Assembly: GCF_964204645.1 (NCBI RefSeq)
Contig: NC_134026.1
Span: forward strand, 29,546,150 to 29,610,149
Source: Tubulanus polymorphus
Taxonomy: Eukaryota > Animalia > Nemertea
Length of the DNA: 64,000 nt
Direction of reading: 5' to 3'
The notes below the pieces were generated by a model, which saw nothing but the letters and a program-made list of their open reading frames with translations, made no database searches and had not been told where the DNA came from. Positions 37,601 to 50,183 of the stretch are shown in pieces (positions within the stretch are counted from its first letter, which is position 1; every line of letters starts with the position of its first letter). Position numbers and translations under genes: made by a program.

Positions 37601-40600
37601 CAGGAATATAATGTTGATATTTTACTTATAGCAAATCATGGATTTCACAGGAAAGGTGTTGGATTATCGAAAATATGTGAAGTATTGAGAATAGTTTTTG
37701 TTCGTGAACCGGGAGAGAGCATATCTGTTGATAGGCATCAGCTCGAAGTATCGCGACCATACAGGGTATGTTTCATTTGGAGAATAACCAGAAAATGAGG
37801 CTTATAAATATCCGATATCTTAACAATTCTGGTGTTAAATTCTGGTAGGTACATATAGCTTTAGAGGAAAAGAATTATAAAAAGAAGAAAGATATAGTTG
37901 ATATATGGGCTTCATCTTCTAACAAACCTACTGATAAACAAGGTAAATATATCTTAGTTTCTGTGATTAGATATCAGACATCATACATGATCAACTGAGA
38001 ATAATTCTTGATTTTTTTTTCAGGACGGACATTGAGTTATTGGTGCTTTAGCCCTGGTCACAGTATGGATGATTTAAAATCACATGGTGTTAAATGTATT
38101 ATTTTGACAAGTGGCACTTTATCGCCAATGGACTCATTCAGTAAAGAGATGGGAATGTACGCAGTGTATTCACCATCTAATTTTATAGTTTTTCTGTTTT
38201 TCAGAGATTTATGAAAAATCTCCATAATTTACCGAATTTTTCAGACCATTTCCAATACAATTAGAGAACCCACATGTAATAGAATCGCATCAGACCTCGA
38301 TATCAGTGATCAGTAAAGGTCCAGATGGTACGAAACTCAATTCATCTTATGATAATAGAAGTAATGAAAAATATCAACAATCTTTAGGAAATGCGTTGGG
38401 TAAGTGCGATATATCTCTGAGTTTTCCATCAAAGATCTCCGCTGTGATTTGTTGAGATTTAGAATTTTTAATTTTTAGTGAATTTCGCTCGACTAGTACC
38501 CAATGGTTTGCTGGTTTTCTTTCCATCCTACATCGTTATGGCCACAAATATTGAGAACTGGCAGGTAAAGTAAACTCGTAGACAGATAATCTTATAGAAG
38601 CAAACTAGTTCTTATTTCTAACGATGGTCTTAACGTCTTATATCAGAAATCCAATATATGGAATCGGATCGTTCAATATAAGCCGGTATTTGTTGAACCA
38701 AAGGGGAAAAGTGACTTCCAACAGGTATGTATACTATGAGTCATTCAATAAAAATTCAGTAAAATATGATAAAATACTGATTTAAGATTTAAGTAGTGGA
38801 AAATTATTTCATAGGCAATGGAATCATTCTATGAGAAAATCAATGACCAATCTTTAAATGGTGCTATATTCATGGCTGTATGTCGAGGCAAGGTAATGTA
38901 TCATCATCTTCTAAACAATGGATACTGGTATTTCATAATCACAATCATGAAAGGAGTTTGTCTGTAGGTGAGCGAAGGTTTAGATTTTGCGGATATAAAC
39001 GGCCGCGCTGTAGTTATCACTGGGCTTCCCTTTCCACCGCGTATGGACCCAAAAGTTGTGCTGAAAATGAAATTTTTGGATGAAAATAAACAACAAACTA
39101 GGGTAGACAAAATACAGGTCAGTAAAAGTAATATTCAACTCGAATCGAATTAAGTTTCCTGATGTAATATTTTGTTGGTTGTTTATTTTTAGCGTTTAAG
39201 CGGTCAGGAGTGGTACAGACAACAGGCAACGCGTGCTGTTAACCAGGCAATCGGTCGAGTTATTAGACATAAACAAGATTATGGAGCTATTTTACTCTGC
39301 GACGAAAGGTTTGAGATGATTGTAATTCTGAATCCAATTCCATTGTACTTCTTGGTTAGAATTTGATGGAAAATTGGCAATGAACTTAAAAGAAAGCTAT
39401 GGAACTGGCTTCTGAGTATACAATTCAGTATGAGGTAAATATGAATGTCCGGATAACTATATTTATTCTAGGTTCGGAGGTAATCAATCACGTTCTCAGT
39501 TACCTGCCTGGATACGACCCTCTCTCAAAGTTTATGATTCATTTGGAAGTATATTACGCGACGTTGCCACATTTTTCAAAAATGCGGAGCAAACGGTTAG
39601 TGAAAAAAAAGTGATCAATTTTGCCTGGGATGCGTGAGTCGCTTTTGTTCTTAATTGTCTTTCATGATTAGCTTCCAGCACCAAACCCAAAGAAGAAAAA
39701 ACCAACAGGTTCACAGTCTGGGTTCTTCATGGTTAGTGAGACGTACAATAAACCGCGGACATGCAGCTCTTCAATAACTGCTAGTTCTGTTGAGGATCAT
39801 GTATCCAGCCTCAGACAGGTACACACTAAAGGTAGGAATTATTTTCATCCAATGATCGCTATAAACGTTTTCACTGAAATATGATAAGAAGAGCTTTAGA
39901 GGAGCTGTGTCAAATCAGTAAACTTAAAAACTGGTAGTATTTTTTAGGTTAACTGAGAATTAGCCATGCATTAGTAGTGAATGTTCGTATTGAAAAAAAA
40001 ATCACGTTAGCCTACAAAGTACACTACCAATCTTCGTCCTGACGATGATCTCTAGTGTGAGATCGAAACATCGTGTTCTTATATTTTAGATTGTTTCAAT
40101 AAATAAATTCTCGATTTTAGATTTCTTTTAATTTTCAAATAGTGGGTTTTTATCTTACCGATGCTACCAATCTTCGTGTTTACGAAATCATGATATGAAA
40201 CGTACAATTTACAGAAAATATTCCATATCATTTGGCTGAAGAAGATCGTATGGCAAGATTAGCTATCGAGTATGAAAGAACGACCCAATCTAAAAATGAA
40301 CCTATTGGAAAAGGTTTATTAAATGCCCTCGAAGCCCACAATGTAAATATGAATGATGATCTTTATACAGAAATATCTGACAATTCGCGCCAATTATACA
40401 CGCTGTAGATTCCTACATTTTCTTGTTTCATTTAGTCACCACCGATATGTAACCCTGATGAACCTTGCTGCAGTACTAGTTCTGTAGCTGTAAGTACTGT
40501 TTTATATTCTAAACGATAGATACCCAGTCGTCAAACAGGAATGAAATCGTTCTGATCACTTGAATTGTAGATGTCATCAGATCAAGCTGCCCTTGAAAAA

Positions 40601-42295
40601 CGAATGGAGGATAGGAAGAGAAACAAGAAAATAAAAATCATCAAGGTAGAATAGATCGCAGGGGCATCACTAGGATTGATACAAGAGGAACTATTGCCTT
40701 CAGCACTCAGCGGATACAATGTAAAGTATGGCATATTATATGCCATCCTTTGCGCCGTATCTGCTGAAATGAGCATTCAATCCTTGAAATTGCTTGCATG
40801 TTCTTAATTTTTGAAATTCGAAGCTTGAGATGGACGTTTTCCAAGGCAAAATTTTTACGAAATATCCAGAATGTGAAAAAACAAAATTTGGATCAAACAT
40901 GGATTTAAAAAGGGGGTTGCCTAGTTGCCTTGTCTATCTGTTGCCTAGTTTTATCGGTTGCCTAATTTTATCTGGTTTTTGTTACAAATGTGATTATGGC
41001 TTGTATGTTTCAGAAAGGAGCGTTTGATGCAGTAGAGTCTTTACCTGCGGAGTCTGAGAAACAAAATCTTCCAAACCAAACAGATTCACAGCCTGTTGAA
41101 CCATCGAGTTCACTTCATCAAACAATAGCCTCTTATTCTACTCAGGTTTGTTTCTCGTTGTTGGAAACAATTTCAAAATTCTTTCTCTGAATTGATCCTT
41201 TTAATTTCCCAATTTTTCAGGTTAAACAAACGCTGAATCCTGAAGCTCACAAAATATTCATAAAGGCCACGAGGGATTATACAAAAACCAGTCAACTTTC
41301 TCCATTGATTATTGTACTGAGGAAAGTGTTCGTGGATGCAAACCAACCTCAGCTATTTAAAGGTACCGGTTTACATTGAGTTGAAAAACTAATCTTAAAG
41401 AATACAAGTTAATTGTGATTAATTTACTTTTTCTAGCATTCTATTGTTTTGTGAAGACAAAAGATCGCCAAGAATTCGCGAGATATTGTTTCAAGTTGAC
41501 AGGTCTGGACTGCGGTTATAAACCAGAGCATAGTTTATCAAAAAGAAAATTACAGTCCCTGTCAGAGAGTATGTACAATGTGTAGCTGTTTCTTAAGTTT
41601 TTACTTTTCTCATTTCAACCTGACCCCGCTACATTTTCTATGAATTGCAGCTAAAGAGGAAAAACGACAAAAGTTAGATCCCATAAACCAAATGAATTCC
41701 GGTACTAAGTCTACAATTTCTAGTCAACTCGACAATCAAACCCATTTAAACAAAGGAATTTCAACATCAGTGACGAGTGATAAACAAGTTGCTGACGATC
41801 AACAACAAACCGGTAAGAATTAGTCCAACTACACTTCTTGTGCTGAAATCTGATTAATGATTACATCTATGTGTACGTTACTTTCAGGGTATGTGTGTTG
41901 TAAATGTCAATCAGTTACTGACATTCCATTGAAAGCAACTTGTGATCACATCTGCTGTTTGCCGTGTTGGAAAATTATTTGTAAGGTAATGCCCACTTCA
42001 AATCTTTAAATCCATAATGCTTAAAATTGTGTAAAATCAGCTGAATTTCACACTCTCAATCCACAGATATCTCAAACAAAATACAAGATTTGATTATTAA
42101 TGAAGTTGTATTGCTTTGTAGAATGATAGACAGTGTCCGACCTGTGGATTTAAAGTGACCAGAAAAAAGTTGCAACGTCTGTTATTCAGTAAGGATTCAC
42201 AGAATTCAGTAGAAATGAAATCATCCGGATCACAGTCATCGGACAATATTCAAACATCTCAATCTTCAGACATTTCTTCAACCGGTGCAGAATAA
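31623..42295 (+). CDS. RTEL1: Regulator of telomere elongation helicase 1 (Fe-S DEAH helicase with a harmonin-N-like domain and a C-terminal RING)
   Basis: [100 protein letters not shown]-like exons at 41120-41550, RING exons at 41888-42160, stop at 42293-42295. Confidence 0.95.
40024..40177 (+). mobile_element. Penelope-like pLTR or retrozyme-like relic with a hammerhead-like core
   Basis: CTGACGA-T-GATCTC(tagtgt)GAGATC-GAAAC at 40039-40069, then AATAAA. CTACCAATCTTCGT is repeated at 40024 and 40164. Confidence 0.5.
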
Positions 42296-43150
42296 TCCTC
42301 TATCCTTTATGCGCGTTTTGTGTTTAACTTTTTCATAATAAATTCTTTATATGGAACTATTAACCGGTTTAATGTGTATCAGAATGATCAGCAATCCATC
42401 TTCACGACACATATAAGATCCAGTGCTCCGTTTTATTAATTTTAACTCATTAATTTTCAATCGAGTCAGGGGCCGTTTCTTATCAAGAGCTTCCTTGTGC
42501 CACAACAAGACATGAAAAATTCAATAATTCACTGATTATCCCTACAGGGAAAAAATAAATCCAGGATTCCCTGATCCGTAAGAACCTGAGGACCTCAATA
42601 GCTCAGACAACAACCGTAACAAAGAGATGATGTACTTTAATCACATAGCCAACATGTATTTCACTTGAAGATGACAATTCTTAAAAAAACACCACCAGTT
42701 TACAATGTATATCAATGTTTCGGTAATAATTCCTTTCTCGGAGGTTGCGTTTTTAGAAAATCTGTGAGCAGATGAAAGGTAAGGTAGAATTTGTAATGCA
42801 ACCTCAGTGACAGGAACATAGTGTTTTCAATTGTCTCGAAAACCCACTGAACTACAGTCTGACATACGTTCTATTATATAATCAATGTATCGTTTGACAA
42901 AACTAAATTATTATCAGTTTTTAGTGATGAAGAGCGAAGAGTAAATCAAAACTAAATTCGCTCTTCATCATATTAATTAAGAAAGTAAGGCATCATATTC
43001 AAATGCCTGCAATTTGTGGGTAAAGCAAAATCAAGTTTTTAAGCACACTTACAGAGTAGTTTGAAATACACAAAATACAAATGTCTAAATAATCTTGTTC
43101 AACATTTTCGATGGATATTCTAGTGTAAAGTTAAACTAATCTGTTATCGA

Positions 43151-43285
43151 CAGGGCCCAGTTTCACAAAAAAGTTAAACTGGAATTTGTGTTGTAATCGC
43201 TATTAGTTACTTCACATTTTCAATGAGGACAACAATTCAAACTTAACCGTTTTAGGCTTAAACTTGTTCGTGAAACTGGGCCCTG
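43151..43285. mobile_element. Harbinger-like MITE in the probable UBE2L3 3' UTR
   Basis: Perfect 16-bp inverted ends CAGGGCCCAGTTTCAC / GTGAAACTGGGCCCTG. Confidence 0.75.
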
Positions 43286-44049
43286 GTCACAAAATAAGAT
43301 TTAAATCATACACTACACAGAAGTTTTATACACATCTATCTGAATTCAGTCTCTATACAACCTCACTTGCCAAGGCTGCTGATGAAAATGTAATTCAAGA
43401 CTACAGTTAACTATGCCCAAGTCAGATGTTTTGGGACCAGGTGAAAATATCAGACTAGCTTCGGAAAATTGGATTTTTCAATTGAATCAAAATCTACAAC
43501 TTGAACAATTGGAAACACGTATTCCATACAATGAAGCATAATAAATCAATAAAAGCAGCACGTCGATCGACAGCGTTTGTGCACGCCGACTGCAGCAAGG
43601 GAAGGAAAACTATTGATTGTACATAACCAAAAATTATCTACTTGAAAACATCTCTGGGTTAGCATTGGAAAACCCAAGATCTGAACCATGTAAGGCTAGA
43701 TAAATAAAACAAAGCCCGACTTGAGCGTCTACCCGACTAACGAGTCCTACTTAGGCATAGTTTACAGTACCTCGTAAATCATACAAAAAATGTTAACTGA
43801 ATATACAGTAATTGATGAAATCAATGGTGAATTTTCCTAGAGAAGACAGGCATATTAATTTAATATACCCCGATAAATGATTCAAGATAGTATTATTATT
43901 ATTATTATCAGTAGATCTCTGGCTACTTTAACGAGGAATGTGAATGACTCAAAATCCTTGGCAAGCAGCGATATCGGTAAACAATTAGAAATACACATCA
44001 TCAGTTTGAAGCTTCTTATAAACAAAGATCACATAGTTTGTATAAGGAA

Positions 44050-45360
44050 TTATGGTCGTCTTTCTCCGTATTTTTTTGTGTACTCTTCGGCATTTTTCAT
44101 AAACTTTTTCCGATCTTTAGTGTATTCATCAGCTATATCACCGCGCAGCGGATGTTCCGGCTCTGGGTCGTTTACTAACGCGACCAATGCTTGAATAACT
44201 GAAATAAACGATAATACTAATAAAATAAGATCCCACGATGATAATGAAAACTAGAATATGAAATGTTTCCTCGAGCAAATAGCTTAATTTCGATGTTATG
44301 ACTATATGCTAATACAGGGTCCCTACAGATCAGTCATTCCTAGATATAAGGAGTTTTCAAGGAGAAAATTTCATACTTGAAGCGTTTGCATCACCTTTAT
44401 ATCACAATTACAGTAGAACAGACATTCCCCCCCCCCCCCACTTAATGAGACAACTGGCTGCAGCATAAGATTTAGCTTAATATTCTCTTAAATGTCCTTA
44501 AAGTGCCTGAAAACTATATGAAAATGCGCTGAAATTTCAAAATTTTCCAGACCCTTGTTTAGGCTTCATGGATACTTTTTACTTGCGCATTTTCAGTACA
44601 TAGGTCCTACACCCTTTTTATTTCTTTGTGCTTCTGTCAAAGTCTGCCCCTGGCTTCACCCATGTCAAGTATATCAACCAGGCATCCATCACAAAACAAC
44701 CCATTAATTAATAATTCATCTTTTTACCTTGATCAGTTTTTGTGGCAGGTTTCCAATTTTCAGGACTAATTATCGGTAAACAAACTTGTCCTTTTTCGTC
44801 GATATTTGGATGATAAATCTTTGTTTTGAATGTTATTTTTGGAGGCTTAAATGGATATTCCGCAGGAAATACAATCTCGATTTTGAACGATCCCTTGTTG
44901 TAAGGTGGATGATCCTATAAGATGAATTATCTCACAATTAATCAGAACAGAAATGTAAAATAGTGAAAATGACCTGCCCTAGGGCTAGGCCTCTAGCCAA
45001 AAAAGATACTCACTGGAACAATAAGGCCTTGCCAGTTTAGCACATTAGATTCATCCACTATGATATCCCTAAAAACCTGATTTGCCGTCTTCCTGAGTTC
45101 TTCTAGTTCCTGAAAAATAACGGTTTATTCTTTTTCTTTATTAGAGGCGTATCTGTCGAGCGGATTATTAACAGACTACTAGCCCGAGTGACTGACTAAT
45201 TTTGATAGTTTGAGTCAAAGTCGCTGCTGCACTGCTTTCTTTCAAAGTTATCAACCCATTGCGGAGTTTATCATCAATTTCAAAAATTATTCTATCAGCA
45301 ATATTTACTCTTTACTATAGTAAAGCGGCCTACCTTATTCAAGCGCCTCGTAGCTGCCAT
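44050..45360 (-). CDS. UBE2L3: Ubiquitin-conjugating enzyme E2 L3 (4 exons)
   Basis: [11 protein letters not shown]...WQGLIVP...[66 protein letters not shown]...YGERRP*. Confidence 0.95.
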
Positions 45361-45600
45361 TTCGACGGTATTTCGACACGGCGCTGCACTTTGACAGCGC
45401 CACCTACGGTTCACTCCAGACGGTGGGCTCTAAAATGTGGATTTGGTCTTCACGGATGACAATTCAATTCAAAAATTTATTTCATCCGTATAACGACAAA
45501 ATTACATAGGACAGACACGGCAATAAAATATTAATACAAAGAGACACTGACAAATGATAACATAACATAAAAGGAGAGAAAGAAAAAAAAAAAAAAATTT

Positions 45601-45786
45601 CCTCTGTGAAGCTGGCTCCCGGTTCCCGGTTCCTTATTCGGCTCCCGATTCAAAATGCTTTTGAACCGGGAGCCGAATCGGGAACCGGGAACCGGGAGCC
45701 GGCTACTGGTTCAGCTCCCGATTCAAAAACATTTTGAATCGGGAGTCGAATCGGGAACCGGGAACCGGGAGCCAGCTTCACAGGGG
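45601..45786. mobile_element. Palindromic mini-element upstream of UBE2L3
   Basis: TIR CCTCTGTGAAGCTGGCTCCCGGTTCCCGGTTCC / GGAACCGGGAACCGGGAGCCAGCTTCACAGGGG with 7-bp subrepeats. Flanks AAAAAAATTT / TAAAAAATTT suggest a 9-10-bp TSD. Confidence 0.75.
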
Positions 45787-46393
45787 TAAAAAATTTACGA
45801 GCTATTTACAAAGAACCCCACTCCCCGCCGGTCGCTTTTTAAACTTGAAAATACAATCTACAGTGCATAGGTCAAACTGTTATTTCAAACGACGATGCCT
45901 ACCTCAACCCAGACTCAGGAGGATATCGAGTGGCAGCCAAAACCGATCGGGCAAGGCCACCCGATATACACCCAAGTCACAGTGAAGCAGATGACAGTCA
46001 CCCTAGGGAAAATGTGATTGTCTATCGAATCGAGCAGTTAGGCTTGGGCCGCCCTTGGTTCAACCATGGATTGTGAAACGAACTCCATGGTTCAATATTC
46101 AACGTGTAATTGTGATTGTCTGTAGCCGGTAGTTTTTTTTTCAATTTTGCTCCGAGTCACGGCAGTATTCAATAAAGTGTTCGAATCGAAGAGCGAGCGC
46201 TTGATTTTATCACAAAACAAAAAAAAAATATTTAAATGGCGTTTAACCATGGTCGATCGCAACGAACCGAAAAAAAGCAACAAAGAATAAAACAAAAACA
46301 CTTAGTTTCATTTATTTCATAGTTTCATATTTTTTCTATAAAAGGTTATAAAATTCTAACTAGATGCAGGTTTTTCTTGCACATCCGGCCGGT

Positions 46394-47217
<824 letters not shown>

Positions 47218-48334
47218 TTAAGTTATTCCATACACACCAACTACGCAGTACAACAAGGCACGGATTTACTTAAAGATTCGCTGTATATTTATATACATAT
47301 ATGTATATATCATACTAATCTTAATCGCTATTGTTCTAAATTGTCAACCGTGATACCCACCGATGGGAAATCAAGCATTCGCCCGTTCTTGTAATGTTAT
47401 GATTAGACTCATAAAGTTCACTAGAAATACTTTTTCCACGAGCGCCGTTACGAAAATAAACACTGATATGTTTGAATTGGATATATGGATTTTTGAATGA
47501 TATCTCAGGGAGTTTTGTGTATAGCATGGACCGGTTTGTTATGCGTATCCAGGGACTTTGTCGCAGTTTTTATTAGTCAGTTTTCGCATTGAACCGGTGG
47601 TTAACGCATTTGAAACATGCCGCTATCGGACCGAGCCTCGATCTATCCGAAAGAATTAAGTTTTGGAAACTAATTCATCTTAGTGTTCGAATTTCAAAAT
47701 ATTTTTCATTTTTTTCCGTCCGTTATATGTATTTGTAGGTATTGCTTCGATTTTCGAGAACAAGCACGCCATCCATACTTCAAAAACTTCAGAACTATTT
47801 CGATAAAGCAAAACAGAATAAGAACGAGTACTTTATATTAATTTATTTGTTTTTCAACATGATATATATCACACACTACAACATGTTTATAAATTGAATG
47901 CATGTCCGGTTATAAATCCTTTAGATTTGAGTATTTTAGTTTATGATACCAAATTTATAGACACTACCGGTATTCAGAAAAAAACTGATTGTTATTCACA
48001 GCAAAGTAACTGATGAAAACACAAAGCGATGAGTGCAATGGAGTTATTGCTTGGACGCAAGGTCATCATTTTCAACACCTACAAATAAGATAAAATAAGG
48101 AATGTTTATATAAAATACCACAATAGGAATGAAAAATTTCAACGTTTCATAAATATCCTAATATTCTTCTTCGGGAACTTCTTCGGGAATACTGGTTTCG
48201 AAATAATAAGGTTATAATATTGAAATCGTTGATTACACTAATACAAGGGAAATTTACATTATTTCTTTTTGAATGAGCATTTAACAATTACTGATAATCA
48301 TAATAACTTAATTTTCGCTCCATTTACTTACTTG

Positions 48335-49083
48335 TCATTGCAAGAGTACCTTTTCTTCGTTGTGACTAAGAGACGATTCACGATAAAAGGCAACAAGTTT
48401 ATTGAGCGAATTGAAGCTCATGACTCCAAAAATATAATTTCCATAACTGTCTCTCGTTATATCAAATTGCAGTACGCCATTGCTGCGTCTGAAACAAGGT
48501 TTATGACGTGTCAACCATGTCGCGGAAAGGGAAACGGTCGTAAATAAGATGCTTACGTGTAAACTGAAAGTGAGAAACCACCGGGTATCGAATCACTATC
48601 TCGAATGAAAAAATTCCTCTCCTCTCTTTGTTGTGCCATTAAGTCGGCTTCTTCGTACGTCATTTTGCCAAAGAACCACCTAAAAATGTTATTACATCAC
48701 TGTCTGTCCGTCATTGCATCAAATAAGAATGTGCACTGGTTTTGTTTGGATTCAATACTTATCATTTTATAAAAGTTGGGAGGTTGGATTAATTCTTACC
48801 CAATATCATCTATTTCTATGTGGTTCAGTGGAATGACCCCTTCTCTTCCATCTAATTCAGCCCTTATCCATTTTCTATTTTCGCACGGACGTTCTAAAAC
48901 CTAGAAAAGAACGGGTTGTTTTTTTTTAAGGAAAACAATACGGATGAGGAAACCGAATATTTGACGCATCCTACGATTTAGACCGTAGCCTGCCACGTTT
49001 ACTACCTTTACACATGTACCCTTGTTAACACTGAGTTCATCATTAGATCGCGCTTCGAAGTCTTGCGTCACCGTGGCTTCCAT
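48335..49083 (-). CDS. GRB2/Drk-like adaptor, SH3-SH2 only (divergent copy)
   Basis: Same four-exon layout: MEATVTQDFEARSNDELSVNKG / WIRAELDGREGVIPLNHI / WFFGK...FFIRDSDSIPGGFSLSV / ...FNSLNKLVAFYRESSLSHNEEKVLLQ*. The reading frame is intact. Confidence 0.85.
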
Positions 49084-50183
49084 TGTAAATGCTATATTGG
49101 TCAGAACCCCGATCCTGCCGCTTATGGGCCTACCGCGTTGTGTTTACACAGTGAATCGTTATGCGGCGTGCACGGGCCACATCGGCGATTTATGAATAGT
49201 AATAGGCTACGCTTTATAAGCGCAAAGGAATTAGCTTTACCATCGATGTTGTTTAAACTAAGAAAATGTTGTGAATCTTGTCTTATTTGGTGATTAGACT
49301 TAAAGCATTAACTAGATTGTCGACGATAGAGCGACCGGCCAGGGACCGGGGGGGCCTTGGCGACAATGAGATCTTGTTCTGCATTTGAAATGGCCGCCGA
49401 TTTTTTGGGTTGTGCGATGTGACGGCTACTAAAACTATTGCTAAACGAATTCCGTTTCTATATTTAATTGTCATATGCGCGTTGCGTTGCAGGGGACTGT
49501 TTGAACGATCCCGCTTGACGAAACTGGTTCGGTCCGTGCAGTAGTCCGGTTGCCAAATCCGAGGTGTGAGAGAAGAGAAGTTGTCCTAGATGTTTATTAG
49601 CCTTAAAAAGCAGATCCAACCTCAAATATCGGATGATTCAATTCTCACCAACGACATTATTCATAGCGGGTAAATGTCCGACGGAAATTGATGGTAAACT
49701 TATGTGGTGTCATAGAATAGGCTGGGTGCAAACTTTTAAAAACGAATGACACTATCAATAATATCACTAAGTAAATTCACAAAGCAGTTTCACTTCCGGG
49801 TTGATTCATTCACTCGGACCTGAATCATGAATGATTTAAAAGTCCTTTCTTTTTTCAAATGATAGAGCGTTTATTTCTGAGAGTCAAATATCGTGGGTGT
49901 TGTATAAAACTTAACATAGTTATTTACTCATAACCTTTAATATGATTGTAAGTCATTGTTGTACTTATTGTTGAAGAATCAAGTTGTATGATATTTTCTG
50001 TTCACGACACAACTTACTAGCAGTTACTCATTTCAAGTTAACGATTAGGTCATTCACTACTTATGACCATGACTGAACTGTTGTAATTAAATTTTCAGGT
50101 ATGATCAATTCATACAGTCTTACATGAAGAACCATGCGACAGATCACTTATGATAAGTTCAAGATAATCAGCAAAACTTGAAT

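Noticed and set aside
48560-48680. Apparent frameshift in the SH2 exon of the divergent GRB2-like gene
   Set aside because: Recounting the homopolymer (six A on the plus strand) restores the frame NFFIRDSD.
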